Below are positions 1-8,955 of a stretch of 63,938 bases of DNA, in pieces (the stretch's first letter is position 1; every line of letters starts with the position of its first letter). Position numbers and translations under genes: made by a program. The DNA lies in IMG/VR virus record IMGVR_UViG_3300023174_000167, positions 1 to 63,938 of that record, one strand, 5' to 3'. Source of the DNA: a virus (Duplodnaviria > Caudoviricetes). The notes beneath the pieces were generated by a model that saw only the letters and a program-made list of their open reading frames with translations, did no database searches and was not told where the DNA came from.

Positions 1-1
1 T

Positions 2-157
2 AGACAAACTTTAGAATGTTATGGATACCAACCATTCCCATCTTGGACGGTAAATTTAGAAACTGCACAATATGAGCCACCTACCCCATATCCAACAGAT
101 GGTAAAATGTATATGTGGGTTGAAGATGATCTTAATTGGCAAGAAATAACTAATTAA
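2..157 (+). CDS. 3' end of hypothetical protein (partial), similar to C-terminus of 21159..21473
   Basis: Open frame from window edge ending ...QPFPSWTVNLETAQYEPPTPYPTDGKMYMWVEDDLNWQEITN*; compare YPSW...WEAPVPMPTEEGKGFEWNEETESW. Confidence 0.7.
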   Translation, partial: RQTLECYGYQPFPSWTVNLETAQYEPPTPYPTDGKMYMWVEDDLNWQEITN

Positions 158-212
158 AGTCAAGCCGAAAAATGGTTTTAAGTTCGGCGGCGACAGGAGG
201 TTCCAAACCTCA

Positions 213-404
213 CTATGAGCCTACAGGCTCACTATCGGTCTCCATACTCTTGTCCCACAATATTAGACACTTAATACACTGGATACCTGGATCTCTCATA
301 TACCAAGTATGCTTACATTCTTTTGCCACTGGCACACCAAATACTACCGTCTTGCATGGTTTGATGGGTTTCCCAAAATATGGGATCTTTGTGCGATAGC
401 TCAC
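213..404 (-). CDS. small Cys-containing hypothetical protein
   Basis: ORF track; lies downstream of a sigma70-like promoter at about 435-464 (-). Confidence 0.45.
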   Translation of the reverse strand: MSYRTKIPYFGKPIKPCKTVVFGVPVAKECKHTWYMRDPGIQCIKCLILWDKSMETDSEPVGS

Positions 405-740
405 ACTTTGGACATTCGTTCTTTTTCATATATCTATTGTCTCAAAAAGTTCGGGGCAAGTCAAATGGATGAATCTTCAACCTGATCTACTGCATCATCT
501 ATAGTCCTAGTAAGAACAACGATGTCTCGTAATATGCCACCTTGGTCCCAGGATGAAGGTTTGATAATTTCACACATTATTTAAGGTTTGTGGCTATGGC
601 GATGCAGTTTGAACATGGGGTTTGGTCAGGCGATCCATGTTGGCATCTTTCAATAATCTCTATAGCCTGTTGTTTGCTCATAAAACCATTATATCAAATT
701 TTGCGGGGGATTGCAAAGAAATGCATAACTACCAGTATAA

Positions 741-1076
741 CTAACTATGTTCCCTACATACAGGCATAGGTATAGTCTCAACAGGGGTAAAGGTATATCT
801 GATTTTACGACATATGTAGCATAGGTTCCATGCGTCTTTGTTGTTTGTTCTGATTTCCTGGAAATACTCTTTTTGGAGTATGCGCTTTTCATCCTTGGAT
901 AAAGACATATATCTTATATACGCCAGAGATATACGGTTAGAGCGGTTATGAGGATATATGGGATAGCGCAGAAAGCCAGAAAATCCATTATTTATCCCCT
1001 GGAATTTTACACCTAGGACATGCCTTTGTAGGGTTTGGAGTCTCATAGGATACATCAAAAATTGATCCACAATCAA
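741..1076 (-). CDS. hypothetical protein with C-terminal CxxC
   Basis: 111-aa ORF, no recognisable family. Confidence 0.5.
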   Translation of the reverse strand: MIVDQFLMYPMRLQTLQRHVLGVKFQGINNGFSGFLRYPIYPHNRSNRISLAYIRYMSLSKDEKRILQKEYFQEIRTNNKDAWNLCYICRKIRYTFTPVETIPMPVCREHS

Positions 1077-1118
1077 AGCATAATACTTTAGGCATAGGCT
1101 AATTGTAACATGAAATTA

Positions 1119-1167
1119 GGCCATATATGTAGGTTGAAATGTCTGGTTTGGTACTATATGTAGTGGT
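1119..1167. promoter_or_regulatory. tandem NrdR-box-like pair
   Basis: TATATGTAG cores at 1124 and 1155, 31 bp apart; second copy GTACTATATGTAGTGG resembles the NrdR consensus as recalled. Confidence 0.55.
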
Positions 1168-1172
1168 TTGAT

Positions 1173-1186
1173 AGCATAAAAATGCA
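1173..1186. promoter_or_regulatory. ArgR (ARG box)-like palindrome
   Basis: AGCATAAAAATGCA versus TGCATAWWWATGCA. Confidence 0.45.
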
Positions 1187-1223
1187 ATTTAAATGTTACT
1201 GATATTTTTTAGATTTACCTTGG

Positions 1224-1250
1224 AGTGGAGGAAAGTGGAGGATAGTGGGG
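1224..1250 (+). promoter_or_regulatory. MraZ-binding-like triple direct repeat
   Basis: GTGGAG-GAAA-GTGGAG-GATA-GTGGGG; GTGG at 1225, 1235, 1245 (10-bp period). Confidence 0.6.
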
Positions 1251-1289
1251 ATTTATGCACTTTAGACAGATGGGGCCGTAATGTCTAAC

Positions 1290-1810
1290 GGGCCAAACCT
1301 CCTATCACAAAACCTTTCTATTGTCAAACCTTCCAAACCTCATATCTCAATAGCGGATTATACCCCCAAACCTCCTATTTGTCAAACCTTTATAGCCCTA
1401 AAAACCCTATACAAAAACCTGCAAAATGTCCAATAAATATATAAAAAACCAGCAAAAAATATAAAAAGGTTTGGATATTTCTACAAAATCCAGCAAAAAG
1501 GTTTGAAGGTTTTATATGTACTTATACTGGGGGGATTTGGATACTCTTTCGTAATCCCCGCCTAGGAATGTATGCTTATCCTGGCAGTCACGCTGGGGCG
1601 GGGGATTTAAAATGATCTTCGTAATACCATTATAGCTATAGGTAATAGACAAACCATATAGTCTGGTTTGAAGGTTTGACGGATATAAGGTTTGGTGATA
1701 TACTTCCAGCGATTTTTTACAAACCATCGTAATGTTTTTTAGAAAAAATAGTTCAGGGGTTTCATATATGTCCTCGTAATGTCATTTGGGGAAAATAAGG
1801 TTTGTACGAT
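1290..1810. repeat. non-coding region of convergently arranged CAAACCT/AGGTTTG repeats
   Basis: CAAACCT at 1294, 1325, 1334, 1367, 1383; AGGTTTG at 1467, 1499, 1672, 1688, 1798; A-rich centre at about 1430-1466. Confidence 0.7.
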
Positions 1811-1875
1811 ATGTCCGATTTGTCTGAATGCCCGGCCCCACCCCCGCCGCAGCTTTGCGGCAAGGGGCAGAGTAA

Positions 1876-2145
1876 TTATTCTAGGCTAGATGAAGCGGCA
1901 AAAATATCATCAAGTGTTTCAAACCCTGTATCCTCAATACCCAATGACTCAATAAATAGCAACCAAGTTTCCTCAATGTAACCTTCGCCCTCAGTTGTTA
2001 TAGAAGCCATACCTTCGCTGGCTAAATGTGCAAGTGGCAAACCTAAATCGTTATACTCAATGAAATCTACAAACTCTGGGTCGCTACCATAGTTTACAAA
2101 TAGATCAGCAAGTATTTCTACCTTATTTAAAAATGTCGTTTCCAT
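1876..2145 (-). CDS. acidic hypothetical protein
   Basis: 89-aa ORF, overlaps upstream gene in operon. Confidence 0.75.
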   Translation of the reverse strand: METTFLNKVEILADLFVNYGSDPEFVDFIEYNDLGLPLAHLASEGMASITTEGEGYIEETWLLFIESLGIEDTGFETLDDIFAASSSLE

Positions 2146-2362
2146 AGTATTTTCCGATCTCTCTGTATTCTGCTACTTGTTTATTATACTCTGTTGCTTC
2201 TAATACTTCCAATGCCCTCGCATAAACGACATACGAGTTGCTGGTGGCTAGATATTTCCCAACTGCCTCTAGGTCAAGGCTATAGTCAGAAAGTAATTTG
2301 CCAATGGTTAGGGCAACCTTTTCTTCCTTGCTTGCTCGTAGGTGAAAGCCTCTAGTCATCAT
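2123..2362 (-). CDS. hypothetical protein
   Basis: ORF with GGAGAG SD and TTGCCC-N17-TAGAAT promoter just upstream. Confidence 0.75.
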   Translation of the reverse strand: MMTRGFHLRASKEEKVALTIGKLLSDYSLDLEAVGKYLATSNSYVVYARALEVLEATEYNKQVAEYREIGKYYGNDIFK

Positions 2363-2444
2363 CTCTCCATTCTATCAAAAAGTATGAGCGGGGGCAAGTC
2401 CCACCACAAGCCTGCCCCCGTCTCATTATGTGGACAAGGTGACC

Positions 2445-2795
2445 CTACCCCATCACACGCTCAGCCAAAAACGCTTGCTCAATAAATTCTGGGAATGGTG
2501 TGCTATCTACCTTTTTGTCAACTAGATCAATAATCACAGTCTCATCGTATAGTTCAGGGTTTGCTGGATTGATAGCAAATAGGCCATAACTATACTCATC
2601 CAAGATACTCTCAGACATAAGATAACTAATCATCATACGGGTACCGTAGGACGTATCATTAATATTAAGCCTTGGCGCAGCATGATTAATAGCATTAGCA
2701 ATGTCATACTGCCAAGTGGTGGCCCCCCAGTGAGAGTACAAAACCACGGCGTGGTCTGTTCCGTCCTTGAATACAAAGTTAATACGTGCTCCCAT
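2445..2795 (-). CDS. conserved phage hypothetical protein (LYSHWG motif)
   Basis: 116-aa ORF with AAGGAG SD. Confidence 0.8.
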   Translation of the reverse strand: MGARINFVFKDGTDHAVVLYSHWGATTWQYDIANAINHAAPRLNINDTSYGTRMMISYLMSESILDEYSYGLFAINPANPELYDETVIIDLVDKKVDSTPFPEFIEQAFLAERVMG

Positions 2796-2861
2796 TATTC
2801 TTGCTCCTTTAGGTCGTAGGTGTTTTCTTCAATTGTATCAAATAAAGAGGGCTGGGTCCAA

Positions 2862-3035
2862 TTACTCATCGCAGCCACAGCATTCAACGCAGATCTGCTC
2901 ATCGTCCTTGTAGCAGTTAGGACACATGTACTCTGACATATTCATCTCAGGGTCAAGGCACCATTCACAGATAGCAACTGATAGTTCGGCAAACGTATAT
3001 TCGCTTAGATGTTTCTCTAATCTATTAGTTTTCAT
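2862..3035 (-). CDS. small Cys-rich (Zn-binding-like) protein
   Basis: CEWC, CPNC, CVECC motifs; start moved to MKTNRLE. Confidence 0.65.
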   Translation of the reverse strand: MKTNRLEKHLSEYTFAELSVAICEWCLDPEMNMSEYMCPNCYKDDEQICVECCGCDE

Positions 3036-3366
3036 CTTCGTCCACCTCATAGATAATTTCCTTATCTGTCATCCAATCACGGATGTGGTCATATAGGCCC
3101 TCTGCCCCATACTCTAAAGAGAATCCATTCTTATCTGCATCTGTCCAGAACATCTCCCATACGTCCTCAATATCTTCGGTTACGCAGTACTCTTCTTCCT
3201 GCCCCTCCTGAATGCTTTTGTATAGATCCCTAGCAACATCCCAAGCATATACCCAAACCAAGGGTAGACCTACAGGAAGTTTACTAATCTTCTCAATGAT
3301 ATCTTCAATCTCAGTGTAGGTGTCAAGCATACGTGTACGTTCTTGTAGATCCATATCACTCTTCAT
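3025..3366 (-). CDS. acidic hypothetical protein
   Basis: ORF; start moved to MKSDMD, preceded by GGAG. Confidence 0.75.
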   Translation of the reverse strand: MKSDMDLQERTRMLDTYTEIEDIIEKISKLPVGLPLVWVYAWDVARDLYKSIQEGQEEEYCVTEDIEDVWEMFWTDADKNGFSLEYGAEGLYDHIRDWMTDKEIIYEVDEDEN

Positions 3367-3691
3367 TGAGTTCTCCCTCAAAGTCAATAACAACCATACC
3401 AACACGGCCATCATCATTTAACTTAACATACACAGGATAAACACCGTCTCCGTATCCTGTAGAGAAAGCAACTGCTTGGGCATAGCCAAGTTCTCCGTAG
3501 CCTTCCTTAAGGGTTACACCGCATGCACCAAGATAACTATACTTGCCTGCGTTTTCCTCGTGGTCAAATGGTGTACCTTCGGGCCAATTCTCAAACTCGT
3601 TTAGATAGCAGGGGTCGCCTACCATTGCTTGCCCAGAGTCAACTGAAAAAGACCCTGCGTAAGTTAATCCTGAGAGTAATGTGGTGGTCAT
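3356..3691 (-). CDS. DUF4241-like protein
   Basis: Motifs VDSGQAMVGDPCY and FSTGYGDGVYPVY. Confidence 0.75.
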   Translation of the reverse strand: MTTTLLSGLTYAGSFSVDSGQAMVGDPCYLNEFENWPEGTPFDHEENAGKYSYLGACGVTLKEGYGELGYAQAVAFSTGYGDGVYPVYVKLNDDGRVGMVVIDFEGELNEE

Positions 3692-4119
3692 TGCTTTGCT
3701 CCTTCGTTATTGTCTAGTTCCTCAAGTGTAGCGCAAGCGGCGCATTTTTGCAACTCCTGATATAAATCACTCATTAATTCAGCAGACTCATCTTTCCATA
3801 CAGCCTCACAGTTCGGGCATTCAAAGCCACCCTCACTGACTGTTACTTGAACATCAACGCCATTTGAAAAGGGGACCTCAGTAATAAAATAACCAATCCT
3901 ATTTACAAAGCCCCAACCATTCCAAATATAAGTACCATCATCATCGCCATCACCGTACATCCAGATATGATTATCATGAGCCTTCTTGACAAACTCATAC
4001 TCCTCTCCATATGTCTCAAACATATATCCATTAAATGATGAATCAGGGTTTATATTATTAGGGATTGGTTTGTAGGTATCAAACCATGTATCAAAGTCTA
4101 GTTCAAGGAAAGCGCTCAT
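3688..4119 (-). CDS. hypothetical protein (FETYGEE...VNRIGYFITE), C-terminal CxxC pairs
   Basis: 143-aa ORF coupled to neighbours. Confidence 0.8.
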   Translation of the reverse strand: MSAFLELDFDTWFDTYKPIPNNINPDSSFNGYMFETYGEEYEFVKKAHDNHIWMYGDGDDDGTYIWNGWGFVNRIGYFITEVPFSNGVDVQVTVSEGGFECPNCEAVWKDESAELMSDLYQELQKCAACATLEELDNNEGAKQ

Positions 4120-4287
4120 AGTTTGCCCTCAATATTCTTAGAGCCACAAGGTTCGCACTCACCTTCTGTAACATCTTCCCATTGGTCAGTCTCTACATCT
4201 TCTAGAGTACCGTCAGCATTGTAGATACCAAGTTTGTATCCAGTCTCGGTATACCAGAAGCGCTCTGTCTGGCCACAGTCTAAACAT

Positions 4288-4542
4288 TTAGGCATTTTGG
4301 GTCTCCTCTATACGTTTGCGGTCTATAGATAAATTATAGGTCATGGTGTATATATTTGTCAATGCCTGCATATATCCTTCTAATCTATCAGTCTCGTCCT
4401 GCTCGTGAGTCTCGTGTATAAGTTCTTCTGTTTCCAACATCTCAACTTTTAGGTATCCGTGGAGCACATCAATAAGCGGTATAGATGTGTCCTCTAATGG
4501 TTTAGTTAGATAGTCGGGGATGAAAGGATACTTCTCACTCAC
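4288..4542 (-). CDS. hypothetical protein
   Basis: 84-aa ORF in operon. Confidence 0.7.
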   Translation of the reverse strand: MSEKYPFIPDYLTKPLEDTSIPLIDVLHGYLKVEMLETEELIHETHEQDETDRLEGYMQALTNIYTMTYNLSIDRKRIEETQNA

Positions 4543-4780
4543 TGATTGCCCACTCTCCTTGTTCGCTTTGTTCCATTATATCTAGAGCCACTGACAAGAT
4601 GTGCTGGGTTGCCTTAAGTTCCCCAAGATTAATAATGTCCTCTATCTCCATTTGGCGGTATTCATCTGTATCAAAATCACCCTCATATGTATTAAAGAAA
4701 TTCTTAATCTCTTCTTTATCTTGTTCAAGACTAATTAGGTGTAACTTCATATATTCAATAAATCTACTTGATCTAGTCAT
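4535..4780 (-). CDS. hypothetical protein
   Basis: 81-aa ORF in operon. Confidence 0.7.
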   Translation of the reverse strand: MTRSSRFIEYMKLHLISLEQDKEEIKNFFNTYEGDFDTDEYRQMEIEDIINLGELKATQHILSVALDIMEQSEQGEWAISE

Positions 4781-5177
4781 TTAATGTTTCCATATCTTGT
4801 TCTTGATAGCATTTTTTACAAATCAGGGTAGACTCAAAGAAAGTTACATATACATTACAACATATACTCATTAGTCAAAATACCCTTCTGCCCATAAACC
4901 GTCAAGAAAGTCTAATGCTTTATTAATTGCGGCTACATCTTCACCACTTGCCTCAATACCACAAAGACCGCTAATGATATCTTGAAACTGTTCTTTAGTA
5001 TAACCTAGCATTACTCACCTTCCTCAAATTCGTATCCAATAATATCAATGTGGTCAGGTTCTGTACCCTGAATTTCTTCAAGCATTAGGGTTTGGGCTTC
5101 AACCAAGGTATCAGCCTCAATCTCCCTATTCCAATAGTTATTTACTCTCTCATAGTAATCAATACTAAACTTAGGCA

Positions 5178-5339
5178 TTATTCCCCCCAATATCTAATGA
5201 TAGTATTCATAGTCATGCATAGGTGGCAGTCACAGTCTCCATTGTTCATATTTTCTATGAAATCAAAGTGTGAATAGTTGTCCTCATAGATAGCCTCTAC
5301 GAGTTCTGAAATTGTGTAGGGTTTATATTGTGTGTTCAT
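5178..5339 (-). CDS. small hypothetical protein (CDCHLC), probably leaderless
   Basis: ATG 6 nt after a TACAAT -10 element. Confidence 0.65.
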   Translation of the reverse strand: MNTQYKPYTISELVEAIYEDNYSHFDFIENMNNGDCDCHLCMTMNTIIRYWGE

Positions 5340-5761
5340 AATGCTATTGTAGCGGGAGCCACTGACATTTTGGACTGCCATAGGGAACAGTTATTATCTA
5401 GTCTGTCACCAAATACACGAATATAGTCAGCGATATCTGCCACGGTATCAGTCAAGCATTCCTTAACAGTATCTATAGATATAAACACACGTCCATTCCA
5501 TAGGCCCATTTGACCAATGTTTGTAGGTACTTCTAAACATCCATAGGTGTCTTGCTCCCAGCCAACACCTTCTGAGCATACAAGAGCATACTTAGGATCT
5601 CCGTAAACGTTCTTTTCTTCTAGTTCAATGAATAGTAGGTTATCTACTGTGCATTTAGAGAAATCATTGCTATATTGCAATGCATAAATACCGTTTGCAA
5701 TTTCTGCAAGTTTCTTGCCATCAACAATTTTTCCTTCATAGCCTTTTATTCTATCTCGCAT
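5336..5761 (-). CDS. hypothetical protein
   Basis: ORF; start moved to MRDRIKG (AAAGGA SD, promoter at about 5793-5821). Confidence 0.75.
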   Translation of the reverse strand: MRDRIKGYEGKIVDGKKLAEIANGIYALQYSNDFSKCTVDNLLFIELEEKNVYGDPKYALVCSEGVGWEQDTYGCLEVPTNIGQMGLWNGRVFISIDTVKECLTDTVADIADYIRVFGDRLDNNCSLWQSKMSVAPATIAL

Positions 5762-5880
5762 GGTGTATCCTTTGGTTAGTAGGTATATATTAATTTTACA
5801 CGGTTTCGGGAAAAATAGCAAGTCCTCTTAATAAGGTTTTTATGATTAATAGAATAATTAAAACCCCCGGCCCCGCCTTG

Positions 5881-5954
5881 CGATCCGTACGAGACTTGAA
5901 CTCGTGACCTCTACCGTGACAGGGTAGCGCTCTAACCAACTGAGCTAACGGACC
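5881..5954 (-). tRNA. trnD: tRNA-Asp(GTC)
   Basis: GGTCCGTTAGCTCAGTTGGTTAGAGCGCTACCCTGTCACGGTAGAGGTCACGAGTTCAAGTCTCGTACGGATCG forms a full cloverleaf with GTC anticodon; followed by CAA, not CCA. Confidence 0.95.
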
Positions 5955-5960
5955 AAGTGG

Positions 5961-5990
5961 TGAGCAGTTTTGATTCATGCTCAGGAATTT
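5961..5990 (-). ncRNA. pseudoknot motif copy A
   Basis: ATTC-C-TGAGCA-T-GAAT-CAAAAC-TGCTCA between the DUF932 stop and the tRNA. Confidence 0.7.
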
Positions 5991-6002
5991 TCTTTTGTTT
6001 GC

Positions 6003-7019
6003 TTATGCGATCTGCATAACGTCTTGTACAACTTTTAGCAAACGATTTTTTTCTGCGTTAATAGCAGGATCAAATCCGCTTGCACTTGCGAGAATAGACT
6101 CGTTATTAGAACCACGAGCAGAACGGTACCAATCAAGGCGCTCAGTTAGTGCATTGAAAGCACCCCAAGCATTGCCAGCGATCATACCATTAAATTCTCC
6201 AGTATAAATGTCGTTGATAACATCTACCTTGTTTTCCCACTTCTTGATTGAACCCTTAGCATCTTTTTCTGGCTTAGGATAAGCAGCGAGAATGATATCG
6301 TTAAATGACTTAGCGCTAACTTCTTTTTCAATCATAGCCTTAGCCATGATATCAAACTGATCCATGTAAGCATTAGCAAGACCAAGAGTCTCACGAGCAA
6401 TTTGGACTTTGCCATTAGCGGTCTGAGTGTGGCGAATTTTGAAAGATTGTTTTACGCCGTTCTTCTTTTTGATACGTCCTAACGCAAGGTTAAGAGTATT
6501 AGCGCAGACAACACGAACTGGGGTTATGCTTGCTTGAATAGCAATAGATCCATCGTGCGATGTGTTGATAAGCAAATAAGTTTTAACCTTATCTGCAACA
6601 CCGCTAGGGTCTAGGATTGTTTCACGCTCAAGAGCAAGAGCGCCAAATACTACACGCCCACCTTTAATTGAGCCAGCGGTTTCCCAACGACCCCCGCCGT
6701 CAAGAATGTTATCGCCAAATGAGAATAAATCTTCATTTTGCAATACATGATAGCGTTCACCAACTACACCAAGAACATCTGTCTGAGTGTTGTCGGTAGG
6801 ATTAGTACGTACGACATATTGGTATTCTTTGTCGCTTGTTAAGTGTGCAGGGATTGGCATATCTTCAAGACGAACGTTCCAACTATTAAGGCTTGCAGCC
6901 TCTAGCATTTCTGCAGTTGTTTTTTCTTCTGTGAATACGGTACCCAATCCATGCCAAGCAGGTTCACGAAAAGACGCAAAAGACGTTTTCCCGTTTTGTA
7001 TTTCTAGGTCATGTGCCAT
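6003..7019 (-). CDS. DUF932 / TIGR03299-like phage protein
   Basis: Motifs REPAWHGLG, WETAGSIKGG, SHDGS, TPVRVVCANTL, AWGAFNALTE. Confidence 0.9.
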   Translation of the reverse strand: MAHDLEIQNGKTSFASFREPAWHGLGTVFTEEKTTAEMLEAASLNSWNVRLEDMPIPAHLTSDKEYQYVVRTNPTDNTQTDVLGVVGERYHVLQNEDLFSFGDNILDGGGRWETAGSIKGGRVVFGALALERETILDPSGVADKVKTYLLINTSHDGSIAIQASITPVRVVCANTLNLALGRIKKKNGVKQSFKIRHTQTANGKVQIARETLGLANAYMDQFDIMAKAMIEKEVSAKSFNDIILAAYPKPEKDAKGSIKKWENKVDVINDIYTGEFNGMIAGNAWGAFNALTERLDWYRSARGSNNESILASASGFDPAINAEKNRLLKVVQDVMQIA

Positions 7020-7200
7020 GAGTTTTTCCTTTTCTGTTTTGTTGTTAATCTAATCATACACCCATCTAGCCAAAAAAGTCAAATAGGCTACGTAAACATG
7101 GGGCAAATCGGACATTTTTTCAGGTGATCTTAAACACACATCTTAAACTTGACAAGCATGGTAGGATGTGCCCGGCCCCCAAAACCTGCGGGAATTAAAA

Positions 7201-7231
7201 GTGATCAGTTTCAGTTCATGATCAGGAACTC
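7201..7231 (-). ncRNA. pseudoknot motif copy B
   Basis: AGTTC-C-TGATCA-T-GAACT-GAAAC-TGATCA. Confidence 0.7.
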
Positions 7232-7286
7232 TCACTACCATGTATATGGAACCAATATCCATGTGTATGGTTCTTGTGAAACTTGT

Positions 7287-7315
7287 TGAGCAGTTTTGCG
7301 ACTTACTCAGGTCGT
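7287..7315 (-). ncRNA. pseudoknot motif copy C
   Basis: CGAC-C-TGAGTA-A-GTCG-CAAAAC-TGCTCA. Confidence 0.7.
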
Positions 7316-7352
7316 TAGGGTTCAGGACTTTAAGTTGCCCCCCTAAGTTTAG

Positions 7353-7772
7353 TTAGAGATACTGTGCGATTTGTCGCATAGTTGAGGCATTTACTGTTTC
7401 CTCATCTGTCATCTTTAAGATGTTGAGGGCATTTTTGATTTCCTCTTTCATAGTGCGATATTCGTGGTTATGTAGAACCTCAAAATCACGCTCTGGCTCT
7501 GTTGGCAGTTCTTTTTCATTGGCTACTACAATATCATAGTCAATGTTTAATTTGTTATTGTATGCACGATATGAGGTACGGAAGTTTTCAGCCTTCTTGA
7601 TATTTGCAATAGCAAAATCCTGAAGTGCCTTGTTGTACTTTTCTCTTGCCTTATCATACTTTGCTTCGTTGGCTTCTTGGCTTGACCAATCTTTTTCTAG
7701 TTTTTCTAGACGGGCTTCTAGTGCCTTGATTACCTTTGGTGTTGCTACTTTTACTGTAATTGCTCTTGACAT
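7353..7772 (-). CDS. coiled-coil hypothetical protein
   Basis: 139-aa ORF with AAAAGGA SD and own promoter. Confidence 0.85.
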   Translation of the reverse strand: MSRAITVKVATPKVIKALEARLEKLEKDWSSQEANEAKYDKAREKYNKALQDFAIANIKKAENFRTSYRAYNNKLNIDYDIVVANEKELPTEPERDFEVLHNHEYRTMKEEIKNALNILKMTDEETVNASTMRQIAQYL

Positions 7773-7830
7773 ATATTTCCTTTTCTTTGATGGTTTATTT
7801 ATATTGTAGTGGTTGGGTCTGACATTTAAG

Positions 7831-7860
7831 TGAGCAGTTTTATATCATGCTCAGGATATT
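7831..7860 (-). ncRNA. pseudoknot motif copy D
   Basis: ATATC-C-TGAGCA-T-GATAT-AAAAC-TGCTCA. Confidence 0.7.
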
Positions 7861-7871
7861 TTATTAGGCTA

Positions 7872-8033
7872 TTATGCCTTCCAAGTTGTCCAGCGTGTGT
7901 TGCCATTTACATCTAACTTAACACGAACTGTGTTCTTGTCTGTTGGCTTGATTTCCAAGATTTGACCTGTGACCTTTGACTTCTGTGTTGTAAAGAGATC
8001 GCCGACCTTGTATGTTGCTGTTGCTACTGTCAT
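7872..8033 (-). CDS. small basic SH3/KOW-like hypothetical protein
   Basis: Start moved to MTVATATYKVGD (AAAAGGA SD). Confidence 0.75.
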   Translation of the reverse strand: MTVATATYKVGDLFTTQKSKVTGQILEIKPTDKNTVRVKLDVNGNTRWTTWKA

Positions 8034-8232
8034 TTTTTTTCCTTTTCTATTAGGTGTTGTTTTCTTTATATTTCTAGTATATCTGAGATTTCCCAGAAAT
8101 ACAATTCCATTTCCTAAAAATCTCACTATTTGAGACATTTTCCTTGTGATATAGGTCACTCATGCCCCAGCCCTGAGATTATGAACACGAGCAGGATTAT
8201 AGTTAGTATAGTTAGTGATAGCATTATTCCCC

Positions 8233-8955
8233 CTACTTTTTGGTTGCACTAAATACTATATCAGACTTCTCATAAATACACAACTTGCAGGTAGCGCAGG
8301 CAGACCCATTGCTTGAGATAAGTGGGATAGCCTTTTTATTCTCAGGACACTTAGCCCCTACCTTACCTGTTAATTCTTTCATGTCTGCTTGCCCTATAGC
8401 AAAATTTTTGGCAAGGTATGCAAGGGATATCCCATGTTCATTCTTAAGGTTAATCCCAATAGACTTATTCTCGCTATCTGTAGAATAGTATAGTGAGAGA
8501 TTAGGGATATCCTTTAGGATTACCGCTGCAGACTTGACTCTGGTATATACCCAGAATTGAATGGTAGGATTGTTTTTGATTACTTGCTTCCAAGCATGAG
8601 CATATTGATCGCTAAAAAAATCTCCGTCCCAGTGAATGCGGAATAGTAAAGGTGCTTCCTTCTTCTCGCAATCTTCAACAAACTCATCTATCATTTCAGA
8701 CAATAGCATGAGCATGGTTAGACCGTCTGCATTGCGTAGTAATTCCCAGTTATGGAGTAAATTCTTTTTTACTGTTGGGAATATCTTTTCCAATTTGCCA
8801 GCGTAGCAAACAGTTTCGCAGATAGACGTAGCGCCAGGGCATGAATAGGCTTTTCCTGCAGGTAGTCCGAATGTGTTGGCGATACTTGCTTGTTTTCCAT
8901 TAGGTGTGACGGCATTAGTTACTTTCCGATCTTTGCTTCTGAGTAATTTAGTCAT
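8233..8955 (-). CDS. GP88-like protein (mycobacteriophage gene 88 family, Cys-rich)
   Basis: FGLPAG...CPGATSICETVCYA, FRIHWDGDF, FWVYTR, C-terminal CxxCxxC. Confidence 0.8.
   Translation of the reverse strand: MTKLLRSKDRKVTNAVTPNGKQASIANTFGLPAGKAYSCPGATSICETVCYAGKLEKIFPTVKKNLLHNWELLRNADGLTMLMLLSEMIDEFVEDCEKKEAPLLFRIHWDGDFFSDQYAHAWKQVIKNNPTIQFWVYTRVKSAAVILKDIPNLSLYYSTDSENKSIGINLKNEHGISLAYLAKNFAIGQADMKELTGKVGAKCPENKKAIPLISSNGSACATCKLCIYEKSDIVFSATKK

Noticed and set aside
1512-1727. 71-aa ORF in repeat field
   Set aside because: No SD or promoter, lies in a repetitive non-coding region
5796-5978. 60-aa minus-strand ORF
   Set aside because: Overlaps tRNA-Asp, the pseudoknot and a promoter; spurious
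5961-5990. Hammerhead or HDV-like ribozyme next to the tRNA
   Set aside because: Lacks the CUGAUGA/GAAA core and the nested double pseudoknot, and lies 5' of the tRNA; kept only as an unassigned pseudoknot
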